This document shows positions 39,903-48,227 of a stretch of 61,643 nt of DNA, one piece after another. Each line of letters opens with the position of its first letter. Positions within the stretch are counted from its first letter, which is position 1. Position numbers and translations under genes: made by a program. Origin of the DNA: a virus (lineage: Duplodnaviria > Caudoviricetes); the IMG/VR virus record IMGVR_UViG_3300037486_000465, positions 1 to 61,643 of that record. One strand, given 5' to 3'. The notes beneath the pieces are model-generated. The model worked only from the letters and a program-made list of their open reading frames with translations, was not told where the DNA came from and did no database searches.

Positions 39903-40270
39903 AGTTAGTTAGAGAACATATTAATGAAAAGTTTATTGAGGATTCAGATCCTATAAGAGATATGGGCATTGGAATATACGGAAAACCTAAAAATTTTAAA
40001 TCTACAGATGAAATAGTAGATTTTTTAATAGAATGTTTGCCAGCTATTCTTAAAACTAATAAAATTCCCAAAAATATAATTTATTTACCAGAACAAGGAA
40101 GCGCATTTAATTGGCAATATTATGAATATTTAGATAAGTATATTAAAAAATATTTAACAATTAACAATAAAGAAACTCGGTTAGAAGCATTTTTAATAAA
40201 TTTTTGGCACAGATTACTAAAGATGGGATATGGAGTATCAAACGAAGAAATGAAAAATTATAATCAATAA
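39899..40270 (+). CDS. Hypothetical protein with EKF..DSDPI.DMGIG leader
   Basis: MKLVREHINEKFIEDSDPIRDMGIG. Confidence 0.7.
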   Translation: MKLVREHINEKFIEDSDPIRDMGIGIYGKPKNFKSTDEIVDFLIECLPAILKTNKIPKNIIYLPEQGSAFNWQYYEYLDKYIKKYLTINNKETRLEAFLINFWHRLLKMGYGVSNEEMKNYNQ

Positions 40271-40278
40271 ATTAAATT

Positions 40279-40635
40279 ATGGAATTAGATAAAATTAAAA
40301 GCATTTCTTTTTCTTTAATGAAAAGAGAAACTGAAATAGATATGGAACAAGCTAAAGCAGAATATACTAAAAAGGCATCTGCAAAATTCATAGTCCCTGA
40401 AGGATATTTTCAAAATGAAGGAATGGTTGAAACAATGGTAATTGCCATGTATGATAATCTTAAAGACAATGTAGTAAATAAAGAAGATGTAGATTCATTG
40501 GGTTTATGGATAGGTTATGAAGATATAGTTACAGATAATGCTATATCATTAACCACACTAGATGCTATTGGTGAATATTCCGCAGAAAAAATAACGCCAG
40601 TTTTTGAATTCTTCAAAATGACTTTGCCAGAATAA
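40279..40635 (+). CDS. Hypothetical acidic protein
   Basis: In-operon ORF. Confidence 0.65.
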   Translation: MELDKIKSISFSLMKRETEIDMEQAKAEYTKKASAKFIVPEGYFQNEGMVETMVIAMYDNLKDNVVNKEDVDSLGLWIGYEDIVTDNAISLTTLDAIGEYSAEKITPVFEFFKMTLPE

Positions 40636-40672
40636 ATGGTTATACGGGCCCTAAAAGTAACCATAACCGGAT

Positions 40673-40742
40673 GGTTTTGTAGTTTAAACACAAAACTATA
40701 AGAGAGTTTCTTATGTTGTAGGGCGGGATCCTACCAAGACCA
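40673..40742 (+). ncRNA. tRNA-like cloverleaf RNA with non-canonical loops
   Basis: GGTTTTG/CAAGACC 7-bp acceptor stem, TA linker, GTTT/AAAC D stem, ATAAG/CTTAT and GTAGG/CCTAC 5-bp stems with 7-nt loops; lacks D-loop GG, U33 and TTC. Confidence 0.6.
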
Positions 40743-40839
40743 TCTTTTTTTCTAAAAAAATCATTAATATATACAACAATAATTTTAAAAACTAAACTAA
40801 AATAATGTATATAAACAAGTAAAATTTTTTACTTAAACA

Positions 40840-42009
40840 ATGGAAGAACTAGATTCGTCTAAAGACAGGCAGAATCAATCAGAGCAATTTGATTCTGCCG
40901 TAAACTCACACCTCGTAAGCTCATCGAAAACATTAGAATTTCGAAATAAATTTTATCCTCAAGTAACTTTATCACAATGGAACGACTGGAAATGGCAAAT
41001 ACGTAACAGTATAACTACGTATGAAGAATTGTCTCGCATTTTTGGATTATCTAATTATGAATTATCTGAAGATATAAATTTACCTCTAAGAATTACTCCT
41101 TATTATGCAAGTACAATAACTTCTATTCATCAAGGAATAGGAAAATGTGTAATTCCAACTAGTAATGAACTCATTGTTACTGAAAATGAATTAAATGATT
41201 CATTAAACGAAGAAGAACAAAGTCCAGTGCCTTGTATTGTTCATAGATACCCTGATCGTGTATTATTTCTAACTACAGACTTTTGTTCATCTTATTGTAG
41301 ATATTGTACAAGATCTCATATGGTAGGACATACCGAAATTACTAAAAAAATATGGGATAAAGGTATTCAATACATTAAAGATCATAAAGAAATTCGAGAT
41401 GTATTATTATCTGGCGGAGATCCATTAACTATGAGTGATGAAAATATTGAATATTTACTTAAAGAATTAAGATCAATAGAACATGTTGAATTTTTAAGAA
41501 TAGGAACTAAAATGCCTGTAGTATGTCCTCAACGAATTACGACTGAACTTGTTTCAAAATTAAACAAGTTTCACCCCTTGTTTCTAAGTATTCACTTTAG
41601 TCATCCCGATGAATTAACGCCTGAAGTTAAAGAAGCGTGTGAAAGACTTGCAAATGCAGGTATTCCATTAGGTTCTCAAACCGTATTACTTAAAAATGTT
41701 AATGATGATGTAGATACTATGAAAAAGCTTATGCACGGTTTACTTAAAATTCGTGTCAGACCTTATTATATATACCAGTGCGATCGCGTCGTGGGAACAT
41801 CACATTTTAGGACTCCTATAAGTAAAGGATTAGAAATAATAGAAGGATTGCGAGGATGGACAACTGGATATGCTGTGCCTCAGTTTATTATAGATACTCC
41901 CGGAGGAAAAATTCCGTTATTACCAAACTATTTTGTTGAGAAAGAAGGAAATTGTATAAAACTAAGAAATTATCAAAATAAAGAATTTACATACTATGAA
42001 GAACTTTAA
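40840..42009 (+). CDS. KamA-family radical SAM amino-acid 2,3-aminomutase
   Basis: QWNDWKWQ, HRYPDR, CSSYCRYCTR, SGGDPL, Q.VLL..VND, PYY.YQCD, D.PGGKIP (PLP Lys). Confidence 0.92.
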   Translation: MEELDSSKDRQNQSEQFDSAVNSHLVSSSKTLEFRNKFYPQVTLSQWNDWKWQIRNSITTYEELSRIFGLSNYELSEDINLPLRITPYYASTITSIHQGIGKCVIPTSNELIVTENELNDSLNEEEQSPVPCIVHRYPDRVLFLTTDFCSSYCRYCTRSHMVGHTEITKKIWDKGIQYIKDHKEIRDVLLSGGDPLTMSDENIEYLLKELRSIEHVEFLRIGTKMPVVCPQRITTELVSKLNKFHPLFLSIHFSHPDELTPEVKEACERLANAGIPLGSQTVLLKNVNDDVDTMKKLMHGLLKIRVRPYYIYQCDRVVGTSHFRTPISKGLEIIEGLRGWTTGYAVPQFIIDTPGGKIPLLPNYFVEKEGNCIKLRNYQNKEFTYYEEL

Positions 42010-42052
42010 CAAAAAAATAACATATTTCATGTATAATTTCATAATTTATAAT

Positions 42053-42060
42053 TATATTTG
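42053..42060 (+). promoter_or_regulatory. Bacteroidota-type -7 promoter element (TAnnTTTG)
   Basis: TATATTTG(C) about 40 nt upstream of the ATG at 42102. Confidence 0.55.
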
Positions 42061-42101
42061 CTTTACATTTTAAAATGTATTATTAACAAAATTAAAACAG
42101 T

Positions 42102-42404
42102 ATGAAAAAAGTAAGTAAAGACAAAAAGGTTAAATCTAAATCTCCTATGCCCAAGAAGAGCGTAAAAAAGATTAAATCCAATTTACCAAGTTTCACTCAG
42201 CGAATGTATAATATGGCGGAAAGCTTGGAAGTAGATAAGTATTTTTATGTTAACGTTGCTAAAGAAAAATTGAGCGTTAATACTCTTCAAGATAGAATTA
42301 CTGCTGCTATTTGGAGACGTTATACTTTAAAAAATTCAAACAAAAAATTTGCAACACATCAAAGTACTACTGGTACTCTTGTACGTGTAAAGAGAATGGC
42401 ATAG
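42102..42404 (+). CDS. Basic hypothetical protein (possible nucleic-acid binding)
   Basis: Lys-rich N-terminus; stand-alone transcription unit. Confidence 0.7.
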   Translation: MKKVSKDKKVKSKSPMPKKSVKKIKSNLPSFTQRMYNMAESLEVDKYFYVNVAKEKLSVNTLQDRITAAIWRRYTLKNSNKKFATHQSTTGTLVRVKRMA

Positions 42405-42432
42405 GTTCCATAACTATAATTATCATCCCCTT

Positions 42433-42465
42433 AAAAGCATACAAATTTAGTTTGTATGCTTTTTT
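42433..42465 (+). terminator. Rho-independent terminator
   Basis: AAAAGCATACAAA-TTTAG-TTTGTATGCTTTTTT. Confidence 0.88.
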
Positions 42466-42479
42466 GTTGTTAATAAATA

Positions 42480-42494
42480 AATATATAAAATAAA
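42480..42494 (+). promoter_or_regulatory. Putative late promoter motif
   Basis: AATATATAAAATAAA 9 nt before the ATG at 42503. Confidence 0.6.
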
Positions 42495-42502
42495 TATACG
42501 TT

Positions 42503-42832
42503 ATGGCAAAAAAATTAGTAGAAGAATCTTTATACGAATATTTAGGAGTACCTTCAGATAAAGAGGTTCTTAAAAAAGAAAAAAAAGTAGGAATAACTCT
42601 AGAAGATGTTGATTCTAAAGAATTTTTAATTGGTATGGAAATTGAAAAAGAACATTCTGCAGATTTGGCTATTCAAAAGACTCTTACTCTTCAGCATTTA
42701 GCAGATAATCCTAAATATTATAGCGAAGGCATGAAAAAGGGGTTTTTTGATAATCCATCTGCTATAAATTTATATAAAAAATATTTTATAGATAAAGAAA
42801 AGCCCGAAGAAACAAATGAACCTATTGTATGA
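42503..42832 (+). CDS. DUF5661-like protein
   Basis: G..IE.EH ... HL.DNP.YY; N-terminal KKLVEESL. Confidence 0.7.
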   Translation: MAKKLVEESLYEYLGVPSDKEVLKKEKKVGITLEDVDSKEFLIGMEIEKEHSADLAIQKTLTLQHLADNPKYYSEGMKKGFFDNPSAINLYKKYFIDKEKPEETNEPIV

Positions 42833-43080
42833 AAAAGAAAGCAATTATTTTAATTTTAATATGCATTACATTTATATCATGTAATAAACATATTATGCCT
42901 ACACAAAAAATAGATGATTCGGCATCAACTCAAATTATAGCAGTTAAAAGTGATCCTATAATTGAAAAAAATATTGAAGCAATTGAAATTGATACAATCT
43001 GGAAAACTAGACAACATATAAATTACAATTCTCCAAAAATAGATGAAATAATGAATGTAGTTGTATTAGAACGTAAATAA
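42829..43080 (+). CDS. Putative lipoprotein
   Basis: MKKK + hydrophobic stretch + FISC lipobox. Confidence 0.7.
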   Translation: MKKKAIILILICITFISCNKHIMPTQKIDDSASTQIIAVKSDPIIEKNIEAIEIDTIWKTRQHINYNSPKIDEIMNVVVLERK

Positions 43081-43107
43081 CATCGCTTAAGATAGTATCT
43101 TTTGCCC

Positions 43108-43135
43108 GACGCTCCTTCTGGAGCGTTTCTTTTTT
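43108..43135 (+). terminator. Rho-independent terminator
   Basis: GACGCTCC-TTCT-GGAGCGTT followed by a T tract. Confidence 0.85.
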
Positions 43136-43145
43136 GTTAAAAATG

Positions 43146-43174
43146 AAAACTTTTATAGCTCTTAAAAATATAAT
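43146..43174 (+). promoter_or_regulatory. Phage promoter AAACT-N17-TATAA heading the DNA-modification operon
   Basis: AAAACT-tttatagctcttaaaaa-TATAAT before the ATG at 43196. Confidence 0.7.
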
Positions 43175-43195
43175 ACTAAATTACAATAATTTAAC

Positions 43196-44410
43196 ATGAG
43201 ATACATTACACATATCCCGTTGGCCGGCGGGTTTGGTTTAGGAAATATGAACATAACTGGAACTGCACCTTTAGCAATTACTTCTTATTCTGCATTTGAA
43301 TCTAATGATAATCTTTTTCGTCGATATTTAAGTAAAAAAGGGTTTGATATCCCATATTATCAAATAGATAAATTAGATTATCATCAAAGTAGATTTCTTT
43401 TAGAAAAATATACCGATATTGATTTTATAACTGCTGTTCCTCCTTGCAACGCGCTTTCGCAAGCTGCTTGTAGAGCTAAAGGTTCTCGAGGTACTGCTGC
43501 ACCAAATGAATGGATGTATAAATCAGCAGAAGTTATTTTACATCATATACGGCCAACAATATACGCCTTTGAAAACGCGCCAGGACTTTTTACATGTAGT
43601 GGAGATGTAGTTCGCGAAAAACTTATAGATATAGGCGAAAATAATGGATATTCAATAACTTTTTATAAAACTAATACCATAAAACACGGTATTCCTCAGT
43701 TTAGACCTCGTACATTTGGAATATTCTTAAAGGGCTTTGGCGCGCCTATTTTGAATTATTATAATAAACCAATGCCTCATATAATAGATTATTTAAAACA
43801 AATTCCTAAAGAAGCAAGTTATCAAGATAAATATATGAATCCTGATTCAAATATAAACGAATATGAAATAACTAAGTTCTTTAAAAAGAAATATGGAGAA
43901 GATTGGAGAAACGAAATCTATAAAACATATAAATTTCATTTAACGTCTTACGATTATTTGAAAAGACAACACTTATTATATGAATTTAAAGATTTTCTTG
44001 AAACACTACCAAATGCATCAATAATAGTTAAAAAGAATCTTGATCACGTTATTAAAAAAACTGATATAGGCAAAAATTTTAGATTAGGATATAGAGTTCT
44101 TGGATTAGATAAAGATCATGTTTATGCAGTTATATCAGAAATGATGAATAGAACTTTACATCCAATTGAAGATAGACTCATTAATATAAGAGAATATATG
44201 CACTTAATGGGATTACCACATGATTATGAACTTGAAAGTGCAAAAGAATATCCTAAAATAACTCAAAATGTACCCGTTAGTACATGCGAAGATATAACGA
44301 CAGAAATAATAGAAATAATAAATGGCAATAGAAAAATATCAAATAGACAAGTTTTAATGCAAGACAATACAAAAGAAACTGAAAATTCAAAAACTATAGC
44401 ATTATTTTAA
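43196..44410 (+). CDS. C5-cytosine DNA methyltransferase-like protein (atypical SAM motifs)
   Basis: PPCN (motif IV), FENAPGL (VI), G.PQ.RPRTF (VIII), HP...R..N.RE; motif I reads IPLAGG and motif X reads ITQNVP. Confidence 0.8.
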   Translation: MRYITHIPLAGGFGLGNMNITGTAPLAITSYSAFESNDNLFRRYLSKKGFDIPYYQIDKLDYHQSRFLLEKYTDIDFITAVPPCNALSQAACRAKGSRGTAAPNEWMYKSAEVILHHIRPTIYAFENAPGLFTCSGDVVREKLIDIGENNGYSITFYKTNTIKHGIPQFRPRTFGIFLKGFGAPILNYYNKPMPHIIDYLKQIPKEASYQDKYMNPDSNINEYEITKFFKKKYGEDWRNEIYKTYKFHLTSYDYLKRQHLLYEFKDFLETLPNASIIVKKNLDHVIKKTDIGKNFRLGYRVLGLDKDHVYAVISEMMNRTLHPIEDRLINIREYMHLMGLPHDYELESAKEYPKITQNVPVSTCEDITTEIIEIINGNRKISNRQVLMQDNTKETENSKTIALF

Positions 44411-44421
44411 ATTATAAGAAT

Positions 44422-44838
44422 ATGGAAGAAACTTATCACAATACTAAAAATTCAGATAGAAATTATGGAAAAAAACGAGAACCGTTAGCATTAGAAAAAT
44501 TCTGTAAAGAAAAATCTCTTTCTTATATACAATCTTCTCATGATGATGATACAAAAAATAAATTTGATGCATACATTAATGACTACCCAACTAGCGTAAA
44601 ATGTTCAGAGAGATGGCCCAATGGAAGTTTTCCTAAAAAGGATTTGATTCCTGAAAATAAATCTGTATATGTTTTATTTGAAAATAACGTATATGAAAAC
44701 TATTTAGTTTGGTTTGAATCATTAAAAGAATTCATCAATGAAGGAAAGGCGGTTGATCGGGGAGCTTATTATGTAATAGATCAAAAAGATTTATACGATT
44801 TACAGGAATTAACAAAAAAATTACATCCTATAATATAA
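44422..44838 (+). CDS. Hypothetical protein, possibly PD-(D/E)xK-like
   Basis: E...D....D......SVK pattern; weak. Confidence 0.55.
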   Translation: MEETYHNTKNSDRNYGKKREPLALEKFCKEKSLSYIQSSHDDDTKNKFDAYINDYPTSVKCSERWPNGSFPKKDLIPENKSVYVLFENNVYENYLVWFESLKEFINEGKAVDRGAYYVIDQKDLYDLQELTKKLHPII

Positions 44839-44850
44839 AAATACTTTCTA

Positions 44851-45444
44851 ATGAATAAATTAATAGTTATCTGCGGAGGCGACCGCCTCGGAAAAGGAAC
44901 ATTAATTAAAGGTTTATGCGAAACTTTTGATTATAAAAATATAACTATTCGTCATTGCGATAAACCGCCCAAAGATCTATTAAATGATCAAATTTTAGAT
45001 TATCAATTAAAAGCGTTTGAACAAGAATTTGAATTAATACATTATGTTCAAACAATGAATAGAAAATTTATGTATCATGATAATATAATTATTTATGATA
45101 GATTTCATCTAGGAGAATTTGTATATGGGCAATTATTTAGAAATTATGATGCAAATTTATTGAAAACTAAAATATTAGCGTTAGAAGAAAAAAATTTAAG
45201 AAACAATATATGGTTTGAGCCGTATCTTATAACTTTAACTGCTGACTCTGAATTCTTTTTAAATAAAGAAGATGGAAATTCATTTTCAAAAAATTTAGAA
45301 GAGAAAACAAAAGAGCTTCAATTATTTAAAGAAACTCATGATTTTAGTGTAATTAAAAATAAATTGTTAGTTAAAGTTGATGAAAATGGTTCTTTTAGAT
45401 CAAAAGAAGAAATATTAAATGAAGTAATAAATTTTATAAAATGA
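44851..45444 (+). CDS. dNMP/thymidylate kinase-like protein
   Basis: GGDRLGKGT P-loop; DRFHLGE.VYG. Confidence 0.85.
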   Translation: MNKLIVICGGDRLGKGTLIKGLCETFDYKNITIRHCDKPPKDLLNDQILDYQLKAFEQEFELIHYVQTMNRKFMYHDNIIIYDRFHLGEFVYGQLFRNYDANLLKTKILALEEKNLRNNIWFEPYLITLTADSEFFLNKEDGNSFSKNLEEKTKELQLFKETHDFSVIKNKLLVKVDENGSFRSKEEILNEVINFIK

Positions 45445-45523
45445 ACAAATTTATAGTAAAAGATAATGTGCCTACCTGCGCAAAGAAAGGGCTACCGCCA
45501 AAACCTATAAAAAACAATAAAAT

Positions 45524-46600
45524 ATGGTTGCTGAAAATAATAAAATAGCACTAATTTCAGGCATAACAGGGCAAGATGGTTCGTATTTAGCTGAATTACT
45601 TCTTTCAAAGGGATATAAAGTTCATGGAATAATTCGTAGAGCATCTACATTTAATACTGCTAGATTAGAACACATTTATGAAGATCCTCATATTCCAGAT
45701 CATCACTTAACGTTACATTATGGAGATGTATCGGATATATTATCGGTAGAACAAATAATGATGAACGTTAAGCCCGATGAAATATATCATTTAGGCGCAC
45801 AATCTCATGTTAAAGTTTCTTTTGAATTACCTGCTTATACAGCGCAAGTAGATGCATTTGGCACGTTGAATATGCTTGAAGCTATGAGAAAACACTGTCC
45901 CAATGCTAGATTTTATAATGCAGCAACATCAGAATTATTTGGAAAAGCTGAACAGATTCCACAAAATGAAAATACACCAATACATCCGCGAAGTCCTTAT
46001 GGAGTAGCAAAAGTATATGCTTATTGGATAACTAAAAATTATCGAGAAGCATATAATATGTTTGCTGTAAATGGAATTCTTTTTAATCATGAAAGCGAAA
46101 GACGAGGAGGCACATTTGTAACTGCAAAAATTATAAACGGCTTAATAGATTATCTTAAAAATGGTACACCGTTTTATTTGGGAAATATTTACGCAAAACG
46201 AGATTGGGGATATGCTCCAGAATATGTTGAATGTATGTGGAGAATGCTACAACAAGATAGTCCAGAAGATTTTGTAATTGGAACCGGCGAAACACATACA
46301 ATAAAAGAATTTGTAGATGAATGCTTAGAATATTTGCCTAAGCTAGAAATTTCTATTAATTATTCATATAAAAGATTTAGGTGGAGAGAAGACGAAAAAA
46401 ATAGATGGATTCTTTGGGATGTAAAAGATTGGAAATTAGTAATTGGTATTGATGAAAAATATTATAGACCGGCAGAAGTAGACGTATTACAAGCAGATTC
46501 TTCAAAAGCAAAAGAAAAATTAGGTTGGGCCCCAAAAACAACATTCAAAGATCTTGTTAAAATTATGATTGAATATAGAATTAAACACGGTAAAATTTAA
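45524..46600 (+). CDS. gmd: GDP-mannose 4,6-dehydratase
   Basis: [51 protein letters not shown]. Confidence 0.96.
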   Translation: MVAENNKIALISGITGQDGSYLAELLLSKGYKVHGIIRRASTFNTARLEHIYEDPHIPDHHLTLHYGDVSDILSVEQIMMNVKPDEIYHLGAQSHVKVSFELPAYTAQVDAFGTLNMLEAMRKHCPNARFYNAATSELFGKAEQIPQNENTPIHPRSPYGVAKVYAYWITKNYREAYNMFAVNGILFNHESERRGGTFVTAKIINGLIDYLKNGTPFYLGNIYAKRDWGYAPEYVECMWRMLQQDSPEDFVIGTGETHTIKEFVDECLEYLPKLEISINYSYKRFRWREDEKNRWILWDVKDWKLVIGIDEKYYRPAEVDVLQADSSKAKEKLGWAPKTTFKDLVKIMIEYRIKHGKI

Positions 46601-46605
46601 CAACA

Positions 46606-47055
46606 ATGGACAAAAAACAAGTTATTTACTTAATTGGGAGTTTGAGAAATGAAAAAATTCCGTTTATTGCTAATAATATTAGAAAATTAGGATTCGAAGT
46701 TTTTGATGATTGGTTCTCTCCCGGTCCTGAAGCTGATGAATTTTGGAGAACATATGAAAAAAACAGGGGAAGCTCATATAAACAGGCGTTAAATAATTGG
46801 GCCGGAAAACATATATATGAATTTGATAAACATCATATTGATAGAGCAGATATTGGTGTTTTATATATGCCGGCGGGTAAAAGTGGACATCTAGAATTAG
46901 GATATATGATAGGACAAGGCAAAAAATGCTTTGTATTATTTGATGAAGAGCCCGAAAGATGGGACGTGATGTACCAGTTTGCAGAAGCGGTGTGCTTTTC
47001 ATTTGACGAATTAAAAGAAGAACTAATAAAATTTACTAGTGATGCAAAAAAATAG
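46606..47055 (+). CDS. Nucleoside 2-deoxyribosyltransferase-fold protein (possible dNMP glycosidase)
   Basis: IYL.GS, D...I..AD, P.GKSGHLELGY..G.GK. Confidence 0.7.
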   Translation: MDKKQVIYLIGSLRNEKIPFIANNIRKLGFEVFDDWFSPGPEADEFWRTYEKNRGSSYKQALNNWAGKHIYEFDKHHIDRADIGVLYMPAGKSGHLELGYMIGQGKKCFVLFDEEPERWDVMYQFAEAVCFSFDELKEELIKFTSDAKK

Positions 47056-48019
47056 TAAAATATACGTAACAGGTTGTGATGGATTAGTAGGTTCAGCGGT
47101 AGTTCGCGAACTGCAAAAACAAGGATACACAGATATTCTTCGTTCATCAAAACATAAAGCTTATCATAATGGAACAGTTTATGAAGACGATTATGATTTA
47201 CGTTACGAAGAAAATGTAACTAAATTGTTTATTCAATTTGGTCCAGAATATGTTATAAATTGCGCTGGAAAAGTAGGAGGAATTAATGCAAATAATACTC
47301 AAAGTGCAGAATTTATTCGAGATAATATTATGATACAAACAAATATCATTAATATGTGTTATACGTATAGTGTTAAAAAACTATTGTTTCTTGGAAGCTC
47401 CTGTATTTATCCTAAATTATGTCCACAACCAATTAAAGAAGAATATTTATTAACATCATCATTAGAAGAAAGTAATATTGGGTACGCCATTGCAAAAATA
47501 TCTGGTCTTATAATGTGTCGTATGTATAATAAACAATATGGAAGTAATTTCATCTCGGCAATGCCTACAAATCTTTACGGTCCTAATGATAATTTTAATT
47601 TAAAGAATTCTCATGTTTTGCCGGCGCTAATACGAAAATTTCATGAAGCAAAAATTCGTGGTGATGAAAGTATTGAATTATGGGGAACTGGAACCGCAAA
47701 AAGAGAATTTTTATTTGTTGATGATTTATCCGAAGCACTAGTATTTTTAATGAATAATTATAACGATTGCAAAGAACACATTAATATTGGAATGGGTGAA
47801 GATATAATTATTAAAGATTTAGCCAATTTAATTAAAGAAATAGTTGATTATGATGGTAAAATTTTCTGGAATGTAGATTATCCAGACGGAACTCCTCAAA
47901 AATTATTAGATGTATCTAAAATTAATAATCTTGGTTGGAAGGCAAAAATTCCATTAGAAGATGGATTAAGAAAAACATACAAGTGGTTCGTTGAAAATTA
48001 TGAAAATATAAGAAAATGA
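47042..48019 (+). CDS. fcl: GDP-L-fucose synthase
   Basis: G..GLVGS, AGKVGGI.AN, LGSSCIYP, YAIAK, PTNLYGP.DNF, SHV.PAL, WGTG...REF. Confidence 0.95.
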   Translation: MQKNSKIYVTGCDGLVGSAVVRELQKQGYTDILRSSKHKAYHNGTVYEDDYDLRYEENVTKLFIQFGPEYVINCAGKVGGINANNTQSAEFIRDNIMIQTNIINMCYTYSVKKLLFLGSSCIYPKLCPQPIKEEYLLTSSLEESNIGYAIAKISGLIMCRMYNKQYGSNFISAMPTNLYGPNDNFNLKNSHVLPALIRKFHEAKIRGDESIELWGTGTAKREFLFVDDLSEALVFLMNNYNDCKEHINIGMGEDIIIKDLANLIKEIVDYDGKIFWNVDYPDGTPQKLLDVSKINNLGWKAKIPLEDGLRKTYKWFVENYENIRK

Positions 48020-48216
48020 AAACAGCAAAAGATTTGGCATATAAAGCATATTGTGACTCTATTAAAGAAATAGGTACAATAACAGATGAAGGAAAAATTA
48101 AAGAACGATTTGAAAATTGGTGGAAGGAATGGTATCATAGAGAAGATCATAAAGATAGTTTTCATCATGTGCATTCAGTCTTTATAGATCTTAAATCTTA
48201 TATACAAGCAGAATAA
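48016..48216 (+). CDS. Small hypothetical protein
   Basis: ATGA-coupled ORF. Confidence 0.65.
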   Translation: MKTAKDLAYKAYCDSIKEIGTITDEGKIKERFENWWKEWYHREDHKDSFHHVHSVFIDLKSYIQAE

Positions 48217-48227
48217 AAATTAAAAAA

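Noticed and set aside
40673-40742. Canonical tRNA-Thr(AGT)
   Set aside because: Lacks U33, purine 37, D-loop GG and TTC; kept only as a tRNA-like element
45441-45548. 35-aa ORF overlapping the gmd start
   Set aside because: Too short, no motif; could be real (it overlaps the kinase stop) but cannot be supported
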